A stretch of DNA of 64,000 bases from an uncultured Candidatus Saccharibacteria bacterium (lineage in GTDB: Bacteria; Patescibacteriota; Minisyncoccia; Phycocordibacterales; UBA9973), in NCBI GenBank assembly GCA_964362545.1, contig CAYIEM010000001.1, forward strand, positions 17,424 to 81,423. The letters are read 5' to 3'. Shown here piece by piece: positions 58,701 through 64,000 of this stretch. The notes beneath the pieces were generated by a model that saw only the letters and a program-made list of their open reading frames with translations, made no database searches and was not told the origin of the DNA. The position numbers and the translations under genes are program-made. Numbering within the stretch: the first letter of the stretch is position 1; every line of letters begins with the position of its first letter.

Positions 58701-59740
58701 CCAGAGAGATGAAGGCGAACCTTAGCATTAATTGTTTTTATTGTTTTATCTAAATCATCTAAAGTATTATCAGCTAACTTTAGTTCATTTTTCATCTCTT
58801 TTACTGAGAGTGGATATTTCAATACCTTTCCATACTGTTCTGCTCGTGCACCAAAATGAGTTTCATCAATAATCAATAGATCAATTTTATTATCGAATAT
58901 TTCTTTATGTTTTGACTTTATTCCATCACCTTGTAAATCTTGCAATGTTAGAAACAAAACAATTTTTTCTTTTGCTTTCTGCTTATCTTTTACTATTGTT
59001 TTACCTTGCAAAAGATCCTTGCTATCTAGAAAACTATAGCCAGTAAATTTTTTATGACTTTCTACTGTTCTTTTCCATTCTTCTTTCACATCTGCTTTTG
59101 CAGATACAACCAGTACTAGATTTGTTGACATTTCAACCGCACAACACATAGAGGTGAACGATTTACCAAATCGCATCACCGCATACATCAATAAGTTAGT
59201 TCGTCCCTTGGTCAAAGCCTCCTTAAATCTATTTATAGTTGCTTGCTGATTTGGTCTTGGGTCATAATCTTCATCTCTTGCGTATGTATGAAAAACAGGA
59301 ATACGGCTTGTATCAAATTTGTAGTATTGATATTTATTCTCTTTATTCTTATGATTTTTTTTAATGTCTTTAATTGCACCAATCAGATCATTTTTTGAGG
59401 TATTTTTAAAAAATTCCTTAGAATAATATGGAGCTTTCCTAAGACTATCTGGAAGAAGCCGTTCTTTTTGTAGTTCTTTTTCGAGGTAATAATGAACAGC
59501 ATGATCTCTAAAAAAAGTTTGATCATCAACTTTTGCAACCTCATCAAACTTTTTTTCTAAATTAGGAAAATACTTTCTCCACTCACCAAGTCGTGTCTCA
59601 AGTGGACGATAGGTATCACCAATTTTTATATAATTAGGAATTATCTCTGTAGTAAACGCGTAAATCCTTGGTTCAACTCTCCCAATAATAATATGATCGA
59701 GTACGCTTACATCAATTTTGTTTAATTTTTTCATATCCAT
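55775..59740 (-). CDS. Single-chain restriction-modification-like enzyme: T5orf172/GIY-YIG-like N-domain + SF2 helicase + N6-adenine DNA methyltransferase + C-terminal (TRD-like) region
   Basis: 1321 aa. N-terminal IYAFTTEIIPNYIKIGDTYRPLETRLGEW (T5orf172-like). Helicase motifs MRFGKSFT (I), LLIIDETHFGA (II, DExH), LHLSGTPY (III). MTase motif IV VIVGNPPYQQ at about aa 985 with about 330 aa following. Confidence 0.6.
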   Translation of the reverse strand: MDMKKLNKIDVSVLDHIIIGRVEPRIYAFTTEIIPNYIKIGDTYRPLETRLGEWRKYFPNLEKKFDEVAKVDDQTFFRDHAVHYYLEKELQKERLLPDSLRKAPYYSKEFFKNTSKNDLIGAIKDIKKNHKNKENKYQYYKFDTSRIPVFHTYARDEDYDPRPNQQATINRFKEALTKGRTNLLMYAVMRFGKSFTSMCCAVEMSTNLVLVVSAKADVKEEWKRTVESHKKFTGYSFLDSKDLLQGKTIVKDKQKAKEKIVLFLTLQDLQGDGIKSKHKEIFDNKIDLLIIDETHFGARAEQYGKVLKYPLSVKEMKNELKLADNTLDDLDKTIKTINAKVRLHLSGTPYRILMNSEFTDEDIIAFYQFSNIAEDQERWDRDNLHKDEVKEWDNPYYGFPQMVRFAFNPNESSRKKMEEFKRNGITYTFSVLFKPISITKDTKNNLHKKFEHEKEIIELLKVIDGSKEDENILSFLDYDKLKKGNMCRHIICVLPFRASCDALEELIKKNTFKNLGKYKIINISGVNGDKNYKDIKSVQLKIKECENKDIKTITLTVNRMLTGSTVPEWDTMLYFKDTSSPQEYDQAIFRLQNQYVRVYKEQGGDTVKYNMKPQTLLVDFNPNRMFEMQEHKSQIYNVNIESNGNSKLEERIRRELAISPIIVLNKNKIVEIQPANIIDAVRQYSSNRSVIDEATSIGVDLSLLNIDEIKAEIERQNEIGSRQGLEVKSAEGEGDDIDLGEVVKENTQTNELDKKSDADENGLEEDYKKKFAMYYAKILFFALLTDSRIKSLQDVIHAIESDEKNVRIVSNIGISKNILTLFQKHINPFVLSELDYKIHNINSLANDSTIRPVERASNALKKFSRLSDSEIVTPEFMADKIISTLPEKAISKSTKLLDIASKRGEFIYAVYKKFGKDVANNFYSIPTSKIAYEFTRKVYALLELNIEHIEKNITSYELIEEDELIKNESVIINNNYMKFDVIVGNPPYQQTISNNSKNKSLSRQIFPDFIKMSIGLNPRYLSLVTPSRWFTGDAQDKSFLRLREFFKENNHLQSIVNIPISSKVFPDVEISGGVNYFLYNPEYRGDVEFTEFYDEQNFITKKRPLFEEGLDIILSSSFSHNIISKVKSNDFKSITNITKGRNAFGILGKDTKKISTNKKKDKYYKLRCKYEEIRYVEKKYITKNTNLADKWKIFISKGNGGAGLLTDKKEVSILGKPYLAGPKSVCTDSLIPIGQFNTQLEALALASYIKTKFFRYMVGILKTSQNVLQNVYQFVPLQDFTSKSDIDWKQSIGEIDKQLYKKYKLTKDEIKFIEKMIKPTV

Positions 59741-59741
59741 T

Positions 59742-60740
59742 TTAACTCTTAAGAAGTTCTATGAATGTAATCTCTCGACCTTTTTTCCCATTAACTGACC
59801 AATCTTTTATTACACAATATATACCATTATGTTTTTTAATATCATTATTAGTACAACCTAAACATTTTGACTTACTAACAGTTTTTCCTCCAAAAGTGTC
59901 AATAGTTGTACTACTTTCTTCTTTACAAGAATTAGGAATTACACCCTTTAATCCGTCCATTTGCCATACATTCCAAGAGATAATATTTGCGATACTTTTT
60001 ATTGATTTAACTTCTGGATTTTTCCCAAACTTCAAAGCATAATTTTCAATGAAAGTATACAGCATCGCTTCTCGTGCTAGCAATAAACTGTCTCCCTGCC
60101 ATTCATATCCATAGATGCTTTGGTAAGCAATTTGAGCTGCACTAGCCCATTCTTTAAGAGAACTTACATTTTCATTAATAATTCTCAATTTTCGATCTAA
60201 TATTCCAACTCTTTCTTTCACAGGAATAAATTTTCCTGTGGTTGTATCGTATCTACTTGTAATATATGGAGCTTCGCCACAAGCTATTTCTAGACGCATG
60301 TCCTTTACGTAATCTCTCCACGTCTTATTTTTAGGAAAAATTATTTTTTTAAAATTTGTTTTCCATTTCAGACCACTGTCAGATAAATCAGTTTCTTTAT
60401 TAAAGAGATCTTTTCTTTGAAACCAAGCATTGTCAACTTGATTATTTTGAGCATTACATATCCAGGCTGGAGTATAGACCTCTGCCATATTTTTGATTCT
60501 AGTATTTTGAAGAGTTTTATTCTTCAAAACTCTAGGCATTATCACCTTATTATTTTTTCCCGTAATCAAGCCTATCTTAATAAGTGATAGAAATTTATAA
60601 TCATCACCAAGATACTGGTAATTATCAGTGGCCCAAAAAATATTCCTATTTGTTGTTTGGTCACACAACAGGATATTAAGTACTTCTGGATATTTTTTTA
60701 AGATGTCATTTTCGAGGATATCTGTTTCACCCTGTTTCAT
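59742..60740 (-). CDS. Hypothetical 332-aa protein in defence operon
   Basis: Co-directional. 1-nt spacer to the downstream RM gene and 4-nt spacer to the upstream GmrSD-like gene. No recognised motifs. Confidence 0.35.
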   Translation of the reverse strand: MKQGETDILENDILKKYPEVLNILLCDQTTNRNIFWATDNYQYLGDDYKFLSLIKIGLITGKNNKVIMPRVLKNKTLQNTRIKNMAEVYTPAWICNAQNNQVDNAWFQRKDLFNKETDLSDSGLKWKTNFKKIIFPKNKTWRDYVKDMRLEIACGEAPYITSRYDTTTGKFIPVKERVGILDRKLRIINENVSSLKEWASAAQIAYQSIYGYEWQGDSLLLAREAMLYTFIENYALKFGKNPEVKSIKSIANIISWNVWQMDGLKGVIPNSCKEESSTTIDTFGGKTVSKSKCLGCTNNDIKKHNGIYCVIKDWSVNGKKGREITFIELLKS

Positions 60741-60744
60741 ATAT

Positions 60745-63207
60745 TTATTTTAATATATTCTCTAACCATAATATTGCTGCTTCTCCATTGCGTTTATCTA
60801 CCTCATTTAAATCCCTATTGTGTTTGATAGAGTTACGATAATTTTTAAAAGCACGAAAGTGTTGTTCTACTTGACCCTTGCTACCAAAGTATCTACCAAA
60901 TAATTCCCAGTTTGTTAAAATAATTTTTTCGTAATCCATTAAATCAAGAAAAGTTATTCTAACCTCGTCACGCATGTACTCTTCAAGTTTATATGGATGG
61001 CGACGCAAATCATCTTGTATTTTTTTATCTACAACATTCTGAATGTCTGATGGAACATATTCCTCCCAATATGAACCTTCTGTATCTCCTTTAAGTTTTT
61101 CATGCACAAACGAACGAACACGACCCTCAATAATATCTATTGGTTTAGTTGGGTTATTGTCAAAGTGTGCTTCGGACGCAGAACCAATACCAGTCTTAAC
61201 ACGGAACGCTTGTACTATTTTTTCAGCACGATAATCTAGAAACTTTAAAAATTCATTTGAAAGAAGTCCTGACTCTTGCATATTTGGAATAAAGTGATGT
61301 GTAAGTATTTCTGGAAGTTCGGTGTTTGTTTTTTGAAAACCTACAAAATAATCACCTGGTGCTGTGTCTAAAATTCCCACATTTGTAATTGCAGGAATAA
61401 GCATAATATTTACGATACTATCAAATACCTCTTTGTTTGCTGGTTCACTTTGTCGTAAATATGCTTGAGGAAAAACATGATGAAGATTGTGCTTGTAATA
61501 CCCAGTAAAGGCTCCATCAAGAGATATTGATCTTCCATCTGTAAGATTTTTAGGTTCAGCATTAGCATAAAGAGAAAGGACTGTTTTCACGAAAGCATTA
61601 CGTAAATTATATCTCTGCGCTATTAGATTATTCTTTAATGAAGCCCAATCAATAAGGTATGCGAATTGCGGATTTTTGCCGTCTAAAAACTCATCAAAAG
61701 CAGAACAGTCCTCTTCTATTTTTGATTCTACTGTTGAGTCATATCTATTAGATAGTGATGCGCGCCAAAACCATTGTTCTAATGCTGTAATTTCCGAATG
61801 AGATAATTCTTTCTTTTTGTGAAATATGTACGCAAGTGGTACAAGTAATCCATCAAATGGTAAGTAACTAAAATTCTTGATATGAAGTTTAGATTGTATA
61901 AACTCAACAGCAAGCAGAAGAGACTGTATAAGTGTATCCCACTCAGATTCAAGTTTCCTAATACTTGTTCGTTCTAGAATATCACGAGAACGACACTTGC
62001 GGTAATTTAGTATTACAGAGAATGTTTGAAGGATTGTTTCTTCGCGAATAGGTTCAAGAGCAGGATGTTGTTTGTAAAAATCGTCTAGAGCTTCGCGAAG
62101 TTCAAATCCTTCTCCCCAGCAACGTGCAACCATTTTAGCTACAACTGTCAATTTTTTTCCTGTTTCATTTATGCGTGAAAACATTCTTACTACCTGCTTA
62201 ACTCCTTCACTTTGTTCTTCTTCAGAAGAAGTATTTTTATCTATGACATCAATAACGGAAAAACGATAACTGGATAATCTTTCATACAATATAACTAGCA
62301 CTGACCGATATTCTTCTGGATATTTTTGAGCAACTATGTTATATGAAGCGAGACCAAGAAATAATGCACTCAACGGAACAAGAAGATTCTCATGGTCATT
62401 GTCTTCGTTACCTTCTTCGTTATTATTTTTTCGAACAACAAATTTTTTACTACGGACATCAAACAAAAAACGATAATTTTCTCCATCTATGGTGGAACCT
62501 TTTATAGCAGCAAAAAGAGATGTAATACGCTGTTGTCCATCAAGTACATATGAAATCTCAGTTCCAGGGTTAATATCTCCATGGTCAAGTTCTAGACTAC
62601 CAATATTGCGTGTATGTGGAAGCTTACGAATTGTTTTCCAGAAAATAAAACTACCAATAGGGTATCCTCGATAAATACTATCTAATAGAAAACGTATATC
62701 ACTAGGACTCCAAACAAAGGAACGTTGAAATGGAGGTATTTGAATACGACAAGTACTAATACCAGATAATAAATTCTGAAAGGTAATATCGCCTGGTTTA
62801 ACTTCCATAAGAACTTCAGGCTCGTCCTCGATTTCTTCCGAATAATCAGTCTCGTAGTCTTCAGTTTTATTTTCTGAACTCCATTTATAGTATGCTTTTC
62901 CAGAAAGATCAAAAATTTCTTGTGGTGATAAGGTTATATGTTTTTTACCTTCATCTGTGAGAATCCATTTTCCACCTGTTTTTTTTATCCAATCTGCCTT
63001 AGTAAGATTTATTGAATAAAAACGAAAAGTCGTTATCCATCTAAATTGACCAGAATTGTTTAAGCTCTTTTCCCATTCTGTGAAAGTTAGTCTCTCTTCC
63101 ATATATTTAATGAGTTCTTTTGTTGGACACTCTCCTCCTTTTTCTGCAAGGATATTAAGTGCGGTTAAAAGGTATTCACCTATTCTTTTGCTGGTTATTT
63201 TTGCCAT
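60745..63207 (-). CDS. GmrSD-family type IV restriction endonuclease-like protein (Mrr_N wHTH + DUF262 + DUF1524) with HEPN-like C-terminal motif
   Basis: 820 aa. N-terminal Mrr_N-like wHTH (NSGQFRWITTFRFYSINLTKADWI). DUF262 motifs IPPFQRSFVWS and VLDGQQRITSL. DUF1524 His-Me finger LHHVFPQAYL. C-terminal RNSIKHN (Rx4H). Confidence 0.7.
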   Translation of the reverse strand: MAKITSKRIGEYLLTALNILAEKGGECPTKELIKYMEERLTFTEWEKSLNNSGQFRWITTFRFYSINLTKADWIKKTGGKWILTDEGKKHITLSPQEIFDLSGKAYYKWSSENKTEDYETDYSEEIEDEPEVLMEVKPGDITFQNLLSGISTCRIQIPPFQRSFVWSPSDIRFLLDSIYRGYPIGSFIFWKTIRKLPHTRNIGSLELDHGDINPGTEISYVLDGQQRITSLFAAIKGSTIDGENYRFLFDVRSKKFVVRKNNNEEGNEDNDHENLLVPLSALFLGLASYNIVAQKYPEEYRSVLVILYERLSSYRFSVIDVIDKNTSSEEEQSEGVKQVVRMFSRINETGKKLTVVAKMVARCWGEGFELREALDDFYKQHPALEPIREETILQTFSVILNYRKCRSRDILERTSIRKLESEWDTLIQSLLLAVEFIQSKLHIKNFSYLPFDGLLVPLAYIFHKKKELSHSEITALEQWFWRASLSNRYDSTVESKIEEDCSAFDEFLDGKNPQFAYLIDWASLKNNLIAQRYNLRNAFVKTVLSLYANAEPKNLTDGRSISLDGAFTGYYKHNLHHVFPQAYLRQSEPANKEVFDSIVNIMLIPAITNVGILDTAPGDYFVGFQKTNTELPEILTHHFIPNMQESGLLSNEFLKFLDYRAEKIVQAFRVKTGIGSASEAHFDNNPTKPIDIIEGRVRSFVHEKLKGDTEGSYWEEYVPSDIQNVVDKKIQDDLRRHPYKLEEYMRDEVRITFLDLMDYEKIILTNWELFGRYFGSKGQVEQHFRAFKNYRNSIKHNRDLNEVDKRNGEAAILWLENILK

Positions 63208-63272
63208 AATTTAATAAGTAAAAACTTTAAAAATCATAGCATTTTTAGCTTAAATTTTAAAGTGATTTGAGA

Positions 63273-63328
63273 TCAAACAAAAAAGGTGGCATCCTGCGCG
63301 GAATACCACCTTAATTGTTTTTTATTTC
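63273..63328 (-). terminator. Rho-independent terminator (AAGGTGG-N16-CCACCTT with U-tracts on both strands)
   Basis: 7-bp GC-rich stem. On the minus strand it is followed by TTTTTTGTTTG, immediately downstream of the 63327-63569 gene and upstream of the defence operon start. Confidence 0.5.
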
Positions 63329-63569
63329 ATTCCCACTTCCCACTAGAAAACTGATACAAGGAATAATCCGCATCCGCTTCCGTCATATCTTCGAGCTCCA
63401 TAAGTTTCAATTCTCTTTCATCCTCGTCAAGAATATTCTGGTAAATAAGAGCAGTGAGTCTTTCTTTTTGGCTCTTGCTTATCATCGGAGTTTCTTCCAG
63501 GTCATATTTTGGAGGCCAGTAAAATCTTCTTGGACCATCCATATTGGCTGTAATTGTGTTCGTGTTCAT
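63327..63569 (-). CDS. Hypothetical 80-aa acidic protein
   Basis: Intact ORF followed by intrinsic terminator. No homology. Confidence 0.3.
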   Translation of the reverse strand: MNTNTITANMDGPRRFYWPPKYDLEETPMISKSQKERLTALIYQNILDEDERELKLMELEDMTEADADYSLYQFSSGKWE

Positions 63570-63591
63570 ATTTGTTTGATTAAGCTGATAA

Positions 63592-63984
63592 TTATTTCAC
63601 TGGTAAAAGAGAATTGATAAGCTCCGAGCATTCGAATTTAGAAAGATAGGGAGACTTTAGATGGTTCAGATATTCTTCTTTGCTATCATTGTCGCATTGT
63701 TCGTCTATTAACTTGGTTAAGAAGTTGCGCTGTTTGTCCGTAGCTATTTGCGGTAAATCATTTTCTGAATAGAAAGCTTTTTTGTCTCGACCTTCCAAAT
63801 CTTCTTCTTTCTGATTATTCGGCATGATATATAGCGCATCGAGTATCTTTGTTGAACGGACCATTGCATCCACGAGACTGGCATTATAAGCAAAACGGAC
63901 CGTTCTTTCTACAAATTTGTTTAGTCTGTTAAGTACGAAATTGTATTCCATAAGGCGCAGATAAGTCGCATAATGACTGACCAC
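63592..63984 (-). CDS. Hypothetical 130-aa protein
   Basis: Intact ORF co-directional with downstream small gene. No homology. Confidence 0.3.
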   Translation of the reverse strand: MVSHYATYLRLMEYNFVLNRLNKFVERTVRFAYNASLVDAMVRSTKILDALYIMPNNQKEEDLEGRDKKAFYSENDLPQIATDKQRNFLTKLIDEQCDNDSKEEYLNHLKSPYLSKFECSELINSLLPVK

Positions 63985-64000
63985 GAAAAGTTGAAGTCCA

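Overview
This is a low-GC (about 36%) bacterial segment with standard stop-codon usage (TGA, TAA and TAG all terminate genes). Its content and architecture look like a Patescibacteria/CPR-like genome: many short intergenic spacers, a split transketolase, small hypothetical membrane proteins and multiple Nudix genes. The housekeeping backbone comprises murJ (partial), leuS, ychF, a split tkt N/C pair with rpe and rpiB, cysK, dapF, gap, dnaE, pth, lepB, hisS, def, fmt, hpf, groES/groEL, a sensor histidine kinase and several Nudix hydrolases. The accessory content is as follows. (1) leuS carries an inserted Nudix domain. (2) An IS200/RAYT-like HUH transposase is flanked by 19-bp REP-like palindromes (GACAAGGTTAAACCTTGTC), with a third copy in-frame inside the transposase and a fourth supplying the fmt stop codon. 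(3) A TrpR/YerC-like HTH gene is bracketed by two identical 18-bp palindromes exactly 500 bp apart. (4) Three consecutive GH130-like domains are spread over two genes. (5) The most unusual locus is a five-gene minus-strand cluster at 32.0-38.1 kb: three paralogous intracellular Cys-rich proteins of about 570-600 aa with repeated CxxCxxC modules, duplicated zinc-ribbon-like termini and two interposed small ORFs, with AT-rich palindromes at the gene junctions, including a perfect 30-bp palindrome. (6) There is an ROK kinase pseudogene with an in-frame TAG. (7) The 54.5-63.2 kb region is a defence island containing a PIN toxin with a duplicated small upstream gene and a three-gene operon. That operon encodes an Mrr_N-wHTH + DUF262 + DUF1524 + HEPN-like type IV nuclease, an unknown 332-aa protein, and a 1321-aa single-chain T5orf172(GIY-YIG-like)-SF2 helicase-N6 adenine methyltransferase fusion. 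No CRISPR array, rRNA or convincing tRNA was found. The ORF track appears to allow non-ATG starts, so several annotated starts are uncertain.
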